Of a DNA stretch of 64,000 bases, positions 18,813 through 28,366 are shown piece by piece. A program made the position numbers and the translations under genes. Position 1 is the stretch's first letter; the number at the start of each line of letters is the position of its first letter. Source of the stretch: Roseomonas sp. (GTDB lineage: Bacteria > Pseudomonadota > Alphaproteobacteria > Acetobacterales > Acetobacteraceae); assembly GCA_020249285.1 (NCBI GenBank), contig JADCFX010000029.1:29121-93120 (forward strand), in the 5' to 3' direction. The notes below the pieces were generated by a model. The model did no database searches. It worked only from the letters and a program-made list of their open reading frames with translations, and was not told where the DNA came from.

Positions 18813-19247
18813 ATGGCATTTTTCAGGCAGAACTCCGCGCAAAGCAAAAGCTTCCCAGTCGAGAGGACCGATGCCGAATGGCGTGCGGCCCTTTCAGCCG
18901 AATCCTACCGCGTGCTGCGCCAACATGGCACCGAACGGCCCGGTTCTTCCCCCCTGAATGCCGAAAAGCGGCCGGGGCAGTTCTTGTGCGCCGGATGTGG
19001 CCAGGCCTTGTTCGACGCAACCACAAAATATGAAAGCGGTACGGGCTGGCCTTCCTTCTACGCCCCGCTTGAAGGCGCCATCGGCACGCAGGTTGACCGC
19101 GCCCTATTCATGGTGCGTACGGAGGTCCACTGCGCCAATTGCGGCGGGCATCTGGGGCATGTGTTTCCTGATGGACCAGCGCCGACCGGCCTGCGTTACT
19201 GCATGAATGGCGCAGCCCTTTCCTTTGAGACCGCTGCTGCACCATGA
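18813..19247 (+). CDS. msrB: Peptide methionine (R)-sulfoxide reductase
   Basis: GTERPG, CAGC/CANC Zn ligands, KYESGTGWPSF, GHLGHVFPDGP..TGLRYCMN. Confidence 0.97.
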   Translation: MAFFRQNSAQSKSFPVERTDAEWRAALSAESYRVLRQHGTERPGSSPLNAEKRPGQFLCAGCGQALFDATTKYESGTGWPSFYAPLEGAIGTQVDRALFMVRTEVHCANCGGHLGHVFPDGPAPTGLRYCMNGAALSFETAAAP

Positions 19248-19297
19248 GCCTTTGTGAGATTACCCATCATGACCTGCCACCCAATTCAGGCCACCGC

Positions 19298-20260
19298 ATG
19301 AAGCGCCCGATCATCGCGTCACTCTCCTCATGGTTGATGGCGATCGCGCTTGGCCTTGTTACGTTCTGCGCCAGCGCGCAGGCCGATCTGGTCTATGTGC
19401 TCAATTCGACCGACCCAAGCATCGTGAAGATTGATTCTCGCACAGGCGAGGAAGTCCGACGGATCGAGGGCCTGCGCGAAGTGCATCACTTGGTGCTGTC
19501 GCCAGATGGCAAGGAATTGCTGATCGCCGATTCAGTCGGCAATGAAATCCTGTTTGTCGAACCCGCAACCGGCAACGTTCTGCGCCGGGAGCGTATCTCC
19601 AACCCCTATCATCTGGATTTCACGCCCGATGGCCGGCTGCTGGTGGTAGCGAGCCTCAGGCGCGGCCAGGTGGACATTTATGACGCGAATGGCTTGCGGC
19701 TTCTGGAAAGGCTGCGGGCCGGCAATAAGCCTTCCCACATCGCCTTCAGCCCGGATTCGCGCATTGCCTATGTCACCATTCAGGGTGACGGCACAGTGAT
19801 GGCGATTGATCTGCAGGAACGCCGCATCCTTTGGCAGGCCCCGGTGGGCCCGGAACCTGCTGGTATCCTTTGGCATCGCGGGCGGCTGATTGTGGGCATC
19901 ATGGGGCGCGACCATTTCGCTGTACTGAACCCGGAAACCCGTCAGGTGGAAAGCACCATTCGCGTTGGTCGCGGGGCGCATACCATTTTCCCCTCGCCAG
20001 ATGGCAAGACATTATGGGCGACAAGCCGCGTTCAAAGCCGCATTGCGGAAATAGAGCCTGACACGCTTCAAGTGCGCCGCTTCCATGAAGTGCCGGGCGG
20101 GCCTGATTGTCTTGCCTTCGGCCCCGATGGCGCGGTTTGGGCAACGCTCCGTTGGGCGGGGCGTATCGCCAGACTTGACCCAGCCTCAGGCGAGGTTTCC
20201 ACCATCCGTGTTGGGCGGAGCCCGCATGGTATCTTCGTGCAGCCCCGCGCGGCACAATGA
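19298..20260 (+). CDS. Exported YncE/YVTN-type beta-propeller protein
   Basis: Signal peptide ending ASAQA; repeated blade motifs (PYHLDFTPDG, PSHIAFSPD, PHGI). Alternative start 19244 overlaps the msrB stop. Confidence 0.8.
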   Translation: MKRPIIASLSSWLMAIALGLVTFCASAQADLVYVLNSTDPSIVKIDSRTGEEVRRIEGLREVHHLVLSPDGKELLIADSVGNEILFVEPATGNVLRRERISNPYHLDFTPDGRLLVVASLRRGQVDIYDANGLRLLERLRAGNKPSHIAFSPDSRIAYVTIQGDGTVMAIDLQERRILWQAPVGPEPAGILWHRGRLIVGIMGRDHFAVLNPETRQVESTIRVGRGAHTIFPSPDGKTLWATSRVQSRIAEIEPDTLQVRRFHEVPGGPDCLAFGPDGAVWATLRWAGRIARLDPASGEVSTIRVGRSPHGIFVQPRAAQ

Positions 20261-20273
20261 TGGCGAAGCGGGC

Positions 20274-21044
20274 ATGAAAAGGGCTGTCAGCAGCGTCCTG
20301 GCGGGGGTCCTGGCCATGGGCATGCTGGCGCCCGGCAAACTTGCCGCACGCGCGCCCGCACCGTGCAGCGCGGGCACAATCTATCTGACAATTGACACAG
20401 GCTGGGGGCGTGAAGCGGAAAGGATCGCCGAAATCCTGAAGCGGCGAGACATCCGTGCAACCCTTTTCGTAGCCAATGAACCGACCCATCACGGCGAAAA
20501 AAGCCTTGAACCGGGCTGGGCTGAATTCTGGCGCGCCCGCGCCGCTGAGGGTCATGTTTTCGCGAGCCATACGGATCGCCATTGGTATTTCCGCGGCGAT
20601 CCCGCGTCGGGCGTGGTCCGCTTCGTATCATTCGACAGAAAGAATGAGGAACGCCTGGATCAGGCCGCCATGTGCCGCGAATTGAACACCCCGATCGAAA
20701 GGCTGCGCGCTGCGGTGCCGGATGCGGTAGTGCTTCCGTTATGGCGCGCGCCGGGTGGCATTACCACACCTAATGCGCTGCGCATGGCAGAAGCCTGTGG
20801 CTTTCGCCATCAGGGTTGGACAGCAAACGGTTTTCTTGGTGATGAAGTCAGTAGCGACACCCAGCCAAATGCCGCCCTACGTGACCGCGCCCTTAGGAGT
20901 ATCAGGGATGGTGAGGTACTGGTCATGCATTGGGGCGTACGCAGCCGGAAGGACCCCTACGCGAATATTCTTGAAGACGTCTTGGCGGGGTTGCAGGCCA
21001 AGGGCTTTTGTTTCGGTCAATTGAACGCTGAAGGCAGGCGTTGA
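20274..21044 (+). CDS. Exported polysaccharide deacetylase (NodB/CE4-like)
   Basis: YLTIDTG (motif 1 variant), SHTDRH (motif 2), WRAPGG, VMHWG; signal peptide. Confidence 0.78.
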   Translation: MKRAVSSVLAGVLAMGMLAPGKLAARAPAPCSAGTIYLTIDTGWGREAERIAEILKRRDIRATLFVANEPTHHGEKSLEPGWAEFWRARAAEGHVFASHTDRHWYFRGDPASGVVRFVSFDRKNEERLDQAAMCRELNTPIERLRAAVPDAVVLPLWRAPGGITTPNALRMAEACGFRHQGWTANGFLGDEVSSDTQPNAALRDRALRSIRDGEVLVMHWGVRSRKDPYANILEDVLAGLQAKGFCFGQLNAEGRR

Positions 21045-21047
21045 TCC

Positions 21048-21992
21048 ATGTTCAAGACACTCGATGATTGGCATACGCGACTGACGGGATGGATTTTCGA
21101 AACCTTCCTGCAGCCCGCGCTTTACGCGACCGATCTGATGAATATCGCCGATGAGATGCTGGAATGGGTAGACTTCGCCCTGTTCAGCATTTTCGGCATC
21201 ATCGTGACCTATATTGTCTGCCGCCCACTGGAAGCCTGGCGCCCGGTTGAACCCGTGACGGATCGGCGCGCCATCAGAACCGATATCATCTATACCCTTC
21301 TCGCCAGACTGGGCATTTTCCCCCTTCTGGCCTTCATCCTTTTATCCGCGATCCAAAGCCGGCTGGAAGGGATGCTGGCGGATACGGGGTTTGTTACACC
21401 AACGCTGGAATCCCTCCTGCCCTTTCTGCAGGAAGCGCCGCTGCTGACCTTCTTCATCTATGTGGTTATCCTGGATTTCGGGGAGTATTGGCGCCATCGC
21501 CTGCAACACACCATCGGCTGGTGGTGGGCTTTGCATTCAATCCACCACGCGCAGCGGCAAATGACCTTCTGGACAGATGACCGCAATCATATCCTGGATG
21601 AGACAATCGCCGCCCTTTGGTTCGGCACCATCGCCTTGCTTATTGGCGTATCGCCGGCGCAATTTCCGTTGCTGTTGCTGCTCATGCGCCTGGTCGAGGC
21701 CTTTTCGCATGGCAATATCCGCCTCTCCTTTGGTCGTATCGGTGAGCGCCTGCTGGTATCCCCGCGTTATCATCGCCTGCATCACGGCGTTCTTTCGGTG
21801 GCCGAGCACGGCAAGAATTACGCTGTCCTTTTCCCGGTTTGGGATTGGCTTTTCAAGACAGCCGATTTCAATCGCAACACCTATCCGCGAACAGGAGATC
21901 CAGCAGCGCCCGAGTTGATCGCGACAGGCGGTTGGTTGACCCAGCAATGGATAGGCTTCAAGCGTATGATTGGAATAGGTGAAAAAGCTTAA
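21048..21992 (+). CDS. Sterol desaturase/fatty-acid hydroxylase family membrane di-iron protein
   Basis: His boxes HRLQH, HSIHH, HRLHH; KNYA..FP.WDWLF.T. Confidence 0.85.
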   Translation: MFKTLDDWHTRLTGWIFETFLQPALYATDLMNIADEMLEWVDFALFSIFGIIVTYIVCRPLEAWRPVEPVTDRRAIRTDIIYTLLARLGIFPLLAFILLSAIQSRLEGMLADTGFVTPTLESLLPFLQEAPLLTFFIYVVILDFGEYWRHRLQHTIGWWWALHSIHHAQRQMTFWTDDRNHILDETIAALWFGTIALLIGVSPAQFPLLLLLMRLVEAFSHGNIRLSFGRIGERLLVSPRYHRLHHGVLSVAEHGKNYAVLFPVWDWLFKTADFNRNTYPRTGDPAAPELIATGGWLTQQWIGFKRMIGIGEKA

Positions 21993-22047
21993 GGCCTCTT
22001 GACCTGGGCGTCATGGCCGGCCGATCGCACAGATCAACCGCCCTGGA

Positions 22048-24966
22048 TCAGACGCTCGCTTCTGTACCAACCAGCCGCGCCTCGAAAAAAGCTTCCAGAT
22101 GCTCCAAGGCTACATCGGTCTCCGCGATCACACGCTCAAGCGCTTGGGTATTCTGCGCGTGGAAAACACTACTGTCGCGCGGCTGTGATTTCTGAAATGC
22201 GTTCAACTGCGCGGCAAGCCTGACCGCACCAAGGGTGCGCGCCGCACCGAGCAGGCGATGAGCATTCTGCGCAATTACATGAGGTTGCGGAAAAGCCTGG
22301 GCTAGTTCTGCTGCGAACTGGTCGCGTATGCTGTGCATTTCAACCATGAACTCGCGGACCACCCCGGCCGCCGCGCCCTTCAATTCGGTCTTGAGCAATT
22401 CAAGCGCACGCGTATCCACCGGGGCCTCGGCGGCCAGGGCGGGGTTGTCAATACCAGCACCGGCATCTTGCTCCTTAAGTGCAGGGAGTTGCAGCAGGGC
22501 GGAAAGGGCATTGGCGAGTGTATCGCGACTCAAGGGCTTGCCGATATGTCCGTTCATGCCGGCCTCATGTGCCGCTGCTATCTGTTCAGGCATGACGGAA
22601 GCCGTCAGTGCAAAAATCGGTACCTGGCCAAGGGGGCCAGGCATGGAACGCATGGCGCGGGCGGTTGCAAAACCATCCATATGCGGCATCTGTAAATCCA
22701 TCAGGACCAGATCGAACTTATCTGTCGGCAGTTTTTCCAGCGCTTCACCGCCGCTGCCCGCGAAACATGCCGCATGACCCAAGCTGGCCAATAAGGCGCC
22801 GGCCACGTCGCGATTTACCTTGACGTCGTCAACCACCAAAATGCGGAGCTTGTCTTGATTGACTGACCGTGAGACACCACCCTTCTTCTCCTCGGACGCA
22901 ACCTCCGGCACTTCGGCCAACACCAGCGGGATCTCGATCCAAAAGGTGGAACCCGCGCCGGATTTGCTCTCGCAGCCGATCTCTCCGCCCATCTGCTTGA
23001 CAAGACGGGATGTAATGGCAAGCCCAAGGCCCGTACCCAGCGCTTCACTTTGTGTCATGGACGCGATCTGCACGAAATCCTCGAATATCAGGCGCTGGTC
23101 TTCCGGCGAAATCCCGGGGCCTGTATCCCGCACTTCGATGCGCAGCTTTTCTTCCTTTTTCCGCGTGGCCTGGAAGTAGATACTTCCCCCTGATGGCGTG
23201 AATTTAACCGCGTTTGACAGCAGATTGAGTATGACCTGGCGCAGCCGTGTGGGGTCGCCAATCACGGCCTTGGGCAAGCGCTGATCAACATTCAGTGTAA
23301 ATTCTAATCGCTTGCGTGTGACATCGGGCGCCATCAACGCGGCACAGCTTTGGATTATCTCATGCAGAAGGAAGGCGCGCGTGGCTAGTTCCATACGCCC
23401 TGATTCAATTTTGGAAAGATCAAGTAAGCCATTTACCAATTCCAGCAGATGCTTGCCCGCGTTGCTCAGATTGCGGATTTTGTCGCGCTGATCGCTAGCC
23501 AAGCGCTCATCATCCAGCAGCAATTCGGAAAAACCCAGGATGCCATTCAAAGGTGTACGCAATTCATGTGACATGCGGGCAAGGAATTGGCTTTTTGCTT
23601 CGCCGGCGGCGCGTGCTGTGTCACGGGCCGTCGCCAAATCCTGCATGGCGCGCTTGAGCGGGGTGATATCGGTACGGATGCCAACCACGCCACCATCAGG
23701 GGTGCGGCGTTCCGTGATCAGCACCCAGCGCCCATCCGGCAAAAGCCGCTCCATCGGCGGATTATTGCCGCGGTGAAACGCCTTGCTGTCGGAGACGAAT
23801 TTCTCGATATCCCCCTGCGCCTGTGGATATTGTCCACGCAGCGCACCTTCGCGCATGATGTCATCGAATAGTGCGCCCGGTACGATGAAGGGTGCGCTGA
23901 TCTTGTAGAAGTCCTTATAGCGGCTGTTGCAGGCAATCAGTCGGTCATCAGGATCGAACATGACGAAGCCGTCCGACATGGATTCAAGCGCATTTTCAAG
24001 GGTGCGTCGCGCGGTGGCGCGCTCATCTTCCACGCGTTCCCTTTGCCTTAGCCCCACCATGAGGGCGCCTGCCACAAGAAGTATCATCAAGCCGAGCGCA
24101 CCCGAGACCAGAAATGCCCGGCTGCGATCCGCGTACCAGCCACTCAAGGCAGTATCCACCTCAAGCGTTACCGCAACTGTCAGCGCGGGATAGAGTGTCG
24201 GGCGCACTGCGGCGAAGACCATTTCCGAAGAGAAGCGACTTCTGATCTCTTCCGCTATTGCTATTCCACGAAGCGAAGCAGCTGACGGGACAAGTTTCTG
24301 CCCAATCCGCGTTTCATCATGCGGAACAGATGCAAGTAAGGTCCCATCATCCCGTTCAAGCGTTACCCTGAGCCCCAAGCTTTCACCAGCACCTGAAAGG
24401 ATACTTTGCACAACGGGCACCGGCACTTCGGCGACTGCCATCACCGGGCCCAGGGTTGGCAAAACGATATTGCGGGCAAAGAAAAGCGTCCATTCGCCGG
24501 TATTGGCATTCAGCACCGGCCCGCCAATCAACACACTACCTCCACGGGCGGCGATTTCCGCGAAGGAGGACGCGCTTGGCAATGACAACCGCCGACGACG
24601 TGATACCGGCAAGGCAGTAGCGACCGGCAGCCCGTCCTCACCAATCAGCAATATGTCCCGATAGGTGAAGTTTTGATTGTTCAATTCGCGCAGTACACGA
24701 TTGACCTGGGAGACTTCCAAGCGACCTTCACGCTGAAACGGCGCCAGTACCGCAGGCAAGCCTGCCAGCATGGCGTCAACCTGCACGAAGGAACGGTTGA
24801 TTGCCGCTTCGGTGGAACGCCCAAGCTTGTTCAGGGTATCAAGCGCCGCAGCAATCTGAGCATCCTTGGCGCGGTTCACCAGTAATGCGGTTGCCACAAT
24901 TTGTGCAATGAGCAGCGCCAGCGCGGCAAAAAGGACGGCATGACGAAGGAAGCGCGTGGAGAACAC
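22048..24966 (-). CDS. Hybrid sensor histidine kinase (TM-Cache-TM-PAS-HisKA-HATPase-REC-Hpt)
   Basis: MSHELRTPLNG H-box, NLLSNAVKFT, DTGPGI, GTGLGLAI, DLVLMDLQMP, C-terminal AHRLLGAARTLG. Confidence 0.9.
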   Translation of the reverse strand: MFSTRFLRHAVLFAALALLIAQIVATALLVNRAKDAQIAAALDTLNKLGRSTEAAINRSFVQVDAMLAGLPAVLAPFQREGRLEVSQVNRVLRELNNQNFTYRDILLIGEDGLPVATALPVSRRRRLSLPSASSFAEIAARGGSVLIGGPVLNANTGEWTLFFARNIVLPTLGPVMAVAEVPVPVVQSILSGAGESLGLRVTLERDDGTLLASVPHDETRIGQKLVPSAASLRGIAIAEEIRSRFSSEMVFAAVRPTLYPALTVAVTLEVDTALSGWYADRSRAFLVSGALGLMILLVAGALMVGLRQRERVEDERATARRTLENALESMSDGFVMFDPDDRLIACNSRYKDFYKISAPFIVPGALFDDIMREGALRGQYPQAQGDIEKFVSDSKAFHRGNNPPMERLLPDGRWVLITERRTPDGGVVGIRTDITPLKRAMQDLATARDTARAAGEAKSQFLARMSHELRTPLNGILGFSELLLDDERLASDQRDKIRNLSNAGKHLLELVNGLLDLSKIESGRMELATRAFLLHEIIQSCAALMAPDVTRKRLEFTLNVDQRLPKAVIGDPTRLRQVILNLLSNAVKFTPSGGSIYFQATRKKEEKLRIEVRDTGPGISPEDQRLIFEDFVQIASMTQSEALGTGLGLAITSRLVKQMGGEIGCESKSGAGSTFWIEIPLVLAEVPEVASEEKKGGVSRSVNQDKLRILVVDDVKVNRDVAGALLASLGHAACFAGSGGEALEKLPTDKFDLVLMDLQMPHMDGFATARAMRSMPGPLGQVPIFALTASVMPEQIAAAHEAGMNGHIGKPLSRDTLANALSALLQLPALKEQDAGAGIDNPALAAEAPVDTRALELLKTELKGAAAGVVREFMVEMHSIRDQFAAELAQAFPQPHVIAQNAHRLLGAARTLGAVRLAAQLNAFQKSQPRDSSVFHAQNTQALERVIAETDVALEHLEAFFEARLVGTEASV

Positions 24967-24970
24967 GGCG

Positions 24971-26089
24971 TTACTCCGGCCGAGCCCTTATGCCGAGCAC
25001 CGGGGCAAGCGTTTTGTTCCACGCCTCCACGCATTCAGCGCCGCAGCGTCGCACCCAGCCGGGAAGTACGCTATCAGTCAGTAATTGGCGCCGCCGCTGT
25101 TCATCAGCCTCGGTCACCGGTACAACTAACATGTTCCCTCGCCGGCCGTTCTGACAGCTTGGCTGGCCAGCATTGCAAGCAAGACCTTCACCCGTTTCGC
25201 GATCCGCCGCGTCCCAGATATCGGCTTCAAGCTTGGCGACTTCCGTACGGATGGTATCGCGCGCCCATTCCGGCAACGCATTCCAAGTGCCGAGATTAGC
25301 GCCAAAGATGGAAAGGCCCCAAGTGATCGCCATGCTATGCACGTGTGTGGTCACTTCATGCAGGCCGATATCATTGCCGGACAATGTGCCCGTAACCGCG
25401 CATTCCACCACGCCGGACCTGATGGCGGAAACAATCTCGGCAAACGGGATCACGACCGGCGTTGCGCCAAGGGCGGTGAACATTTCCGACTGGCCGACCG
25501 AGCTTGTCCTGATGCGCCGTCCCGAAAGGTCGGCAAGCCGAGAAAACGGCCGGCGGCAAAACACGACCTGCGCAGGATAGACATAAACCCCGAGCAGTTC
25601 GACATCATAACGATCGCGCAGGGTTTCGGTCAGATGCTCCCGGAAAGCGGCGACCGAACGGCGCAGCGCGGCGATATCCGGATTGACTGCGGGCAGGTCT
25701 ATGGCGTTGAACTCTGGCTCCTCAGTGCTCACCACCGCAAGCAGCGCCGTCCCAAAGGAAACGACGCCAAGGCGCATCAAGGAAAGCATTTCCTGGCCGC
25801 GGATGCCGCTGCGGTCGAAGGGGGCAATCTCCGCTACAATGCGCCCATTGGTCGCTCTTGAAATGCCTTCACGCCAGAAGGGCTCCTCGTAGCGCAGATA
25901 CTGGCTCACATCGGCAAGCCCGCCCACGATGCGCATGCGAATGGGCTCTTCTGCCTGGACCGGAACGGGGCGCAAAACGGCGGAGCAGAGCAGCAAGGCA
26001 AGCACCAGCAATAGGCCGAGGCGCAACGCCTTGCCGGGCGAAGGCAGAGGGGGAGGGCCGGACGGGCGGGAGAGGAATGGTCTCGTCAT
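24971..26089 (-). CDS. TRAP-type (DctP-like) substrate-binding protein
   Basis: Signal peptide ending PVQA, LADLSGRRIR, ALGATPVVIPFAEIVSAIRSGVVE; 4 nt upstream of the kinase start. Confidence 0.8.
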   Translation of the reverse strand: MTRPFLSRPSGPPPLPSPGKALRLGLLLVLALLLCSAVLRPVPVQAEEPIRMRIVGGLADVSQYLRYEEPFWREGISRATNGRIVAEIAPFDRSGIRGQEMLSLMRLGVVSFGTALLAVVSTEEPEFNAIDLPAVNPDIAALRRSVAAFREHLTETLRDRYDVELLGVYVYPAQVVFCRRPFSRLADLSGRRIRTSSVGQSEMFTALGATPVVIPFAEIVSAIRSGVVECAVTGTLSGNDIGLHEVTTHVHSMAITWGLSIFGANLGTWNALPEWARDTIRTEVAKLEADIWDAADRETGEGLACNAGQPSCQNGRRGNMLVVPVTEADEQRRRQLLTDSVLPGWVRRCGAECVEAWNKTLAPVLGIRARPE

Positions 26090-26189
26090 GCGGGAAGCCT
26101 ACAGGTTTTTGCTACCAATACGCGAGTTTTTTCGTCGTCTTTAAACCATTCCGAGGGGCGGCCTGGATCGCCCGCTTTGCGGCGCGGCT

Positions 26190-26738
26190 TCAACTAGCCG
26201 AGGGGGCCGCCGCCAAGGCGAGGTCCAAGGCACGCTTCATGGCCGGAGAATCAGGCTCCACTCGCGCCGGGAAACCCTGCACCTGCCGCCCATCCCGGGA
26301 AACAAGGTATTTATGGAAATTCCAGCGCGGCTCCCCACCCGCCCGTACTGCCGCCCAGCGGTAGAAGGGGTGCGCTTCCGGCCCCCTCACTTTGGAAAGT
26401 GCCGCCATGGGGAAGGTAATGCCGAATTGCGCGTCGCAAAACTCCTTAATCTTGCGGGCATCCTGGCTTTCCTGATTGAAATCATTGGAAGGCACGCCAA
26501 GCACGACCAGCCCGGCAGCTTCCTGCGCGTCATGCAGGCGTTGCAGCGCGGCATATTGTCCCGTGAAGCCGCAAAAGGATGCGGTATTCACCACGAGCAA
26601 TACCCGCCCACGCCAAGCGGTCAGGTTGTGTTCGCCGCCTTCCAGGGCAGCGAAGCGAAAATCCCAGGCGGTTGCGGGGGCGGGGGCAGCGGCCATCAGC
26701 GGCAGGGCCAGCAGGGCACGGCGGGTCAGCTTAACCAT
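26190..26738 (-). CDS. Glutathione peroxidase family protein (Cys type), Tat-like leader
   Basis: LVVNTASFCGFT.QY..LQ.L, LGVPSNDFNQE, PRWNFHKYLV; leader TRRALL. Confidence 0.92.
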   Translation of the reverse strand: MVKLTRRALLALPLMAAAPAPATAWDFRFAALEGGEHNLTAWRGRVLLVVNTASFCGFTGQYAALQRLHDAQEAAGLVVLGVPSNDFNQESQDARKIKEFCDAQFGITFPMAALSKVRGPEAHPFYRWAAVRAGGEPRWNFHKYLVSRDGRQVQGFPARVEPDSPAMKRALDLALAAAPSAS

Positions 26739-27399
26739 AACGTTCCTCAAGCCAGGGATCGCCCTGATTGTGATAGCCCCGCACCTCCCAAAAGCCGGGG
26801 CGATCTTCCGCCAGCAATTCGATGCGCGTCAGCCATTTCGGGCTTTTCCAGAAATAAAGCCGCGGCAGCACAAGCCGCACGGGGCCGCCATGCTGGCGCG
26901 AAAGCGGCGCCCCTTCCCAGGAATGCGCCACCATCACATCCGCAGCGGCGAAGGCTTCCAAGGTCAGGTTGGTAGTATAGCCATCATAGGATGTCATGGA
27001 AACGAAGCGCGCTTCCGGGCGCGGACGGGCCATTTCCAATAGGGTCGCGGTGCGCACGCCGGAGAAGCGATTGTCATAACGGCTCCATTGCGTGACACAG
27101 TGGATGTCGCAAACCATTTCGGTTTGCGGCAGCGCCATGAAGCCTTCCCAGTCAAAGGCCAGGCGATTTTCCACCAACCCTTCAAGGCGCAGCCGGAACT
27201 TGGCGGTGCTGACATCAGGCTGCACGCCAAGGTCCAGCACCGGCCAATCCTTCAAGAGCGTCTGGCCGGGCGGCAGGCGTTCCTGCGCCGGGTCGGCAGT
27301 GGTGCCGGTTAGCAGGCGGCCTTCTTCGGCCCAGCGTTCCTTGGTCCGCACAAGCTTTTCGCGGATCTGCCCTTCCAGCTTCACGTCTTCCTGGTCCAA
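26731..27399 (-). CDS. Sulfite-oxidase-like molybdopterin oxidoreductase (cytoplasmic, Oxidored_molyb)
   Basis: RLPPGQ, WPVLDLG, DIHCVTQWS (Mo-ligating Cys), HGGPVRLV.P.LYFWKSPKW, GFWEVRGYH. TTG start 27399 has AGGAG upstream. Confidence 0.85.
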   Translation of the reverse strand: MDQEDVKLEGQIREKLVRTKERWAEEGRLLTGTTADPAQERLPPGQTLLKDWPVLDLGVQPDVSTAKFRLRLEGLVENRLAFDWEGFMALPQTEMVCDIHCVTQWSRYDNRFSGVRTATLLEMARPRPEARFVSMTSYDGYTTNLTLEAFAAADVMVAHSWEGAPLSRQHGGPVRLVLPRLYFWKSPKWLTRIELLAEDRPGFWEVRGYHNQGDPWLEERYG

Positions 27400-27413
27400 G
27401 GCGACTACTCCTA

Positions 27414-28325
27414 TTACCGAAGGGTATTGGCGAGGAATGCCTCCACCAAAGGACCCCAAGTCTGCGGCCCGCCAGCGGCGGTGAAAAGGCCATGTCCATC
27501 CTGGCCAAAAGCGGGCAAGGCGCGGAATTCCGCGACCCCACCAGCCTGGACATAGTTTTGATGCATCGCCCCCGCAAGCGATGGGCTGAAGAAACTGTCA
27601 TTGGCAGTGTAAATCCAAAGGCTTGGGATACGCGCGGTCTGGCCAAATTGCCCGGCACTGGTCGCCAGCACATCGGCCCGGCAGTTGTTATTGGGCAGAT
27701 TATCCACCCTTCCCCCACGCCCGCCCGCCATATTCACGATCGCAGCCACTTCAGGCGGGTTGCGCGCGGCCAAAGCGAGGGAGCCCCAGCCACCAGCAGA
27801 CTGGCCGACCACAACGGCGCCATCCCGGCGTATCCCCGGCTGGGCGGTGGCATAGGCAAGGGCAGAGCGGATATCCCGCGCGGTCTCCATGCCGCCCGCC
27901 ACGAAATTGGGATCGCGACAGGAACCAAAGGTTTCCGCCCAGGTGCCACCCGAAGCGCCATAGCCCCGGCGCAAGGGCAGCGCGACGGCATAGCCACGCG
28001 TGAGGAACCACGAAATCGCCCGCTGGTCGCAGGCCCAGGGCGCCATGTTTGGGCGCTGCGCCGGGCTGGGTGGGGATCCGTGATTGGCCACGACAAGGCG
28101 TGCTGGATTGGTCCCCATCGGGCGACAAAGCCGCATGAGAATGAGTTGGTTCGTGCCTTCAACCGGGATCCAATGATCCTGTTCTCGCCAGAGGCCTTTT
28201 TCTTCGGTGATCGGTCCAGCAGAACGCGCTGCAATACCCGCTGCCGGCACGCCCGGCTGATCCGCACAGGCATTAAGGCCAAAGCAGAAGACCAGCGCGG
28301 TAAGAAAAAGCCGGATGCCTGACAT
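27414..28325 (-). CDS. Alpha/beta hydrolase (dienelactone hydrolase-like), probable lipoprotein
   Basis: Leader ending LNAC, LVVANHG, GQSAGG nucleophile elbow, DGHG. Confidence 0.78.
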   Translation of the reverse strand: MSGIRLFLTALVFCFGLNACADQPGVPAAGIAARSAGPITEEKGLWREQDHWIPVEGTNQLILMRLCRPMGTNPARLVVANHGSPPSPAQRPNMAPWACDQRAISWFLTRGYAVALPLRRGYGASGGTWAETFGSCRDPNFVAGGMETARDIRSALAYATAQPGIRRDGAVVVGQSAGGWGSLALAARNPPEVAAIVNMAGGRGGRVDNLPNNNCRADVLATSAGQFGQTARIPSLWIYTANDSFFSPSLAGAMHQNYVQAGGVAEFRALPAFGQDGHGLFTAAGGPQTWGPLVEAFLANTLR

Positions 28326-28366
28326 GGGTTTTTCCTTCAGTAAAACGCGCAACGATATCGTCCTAT

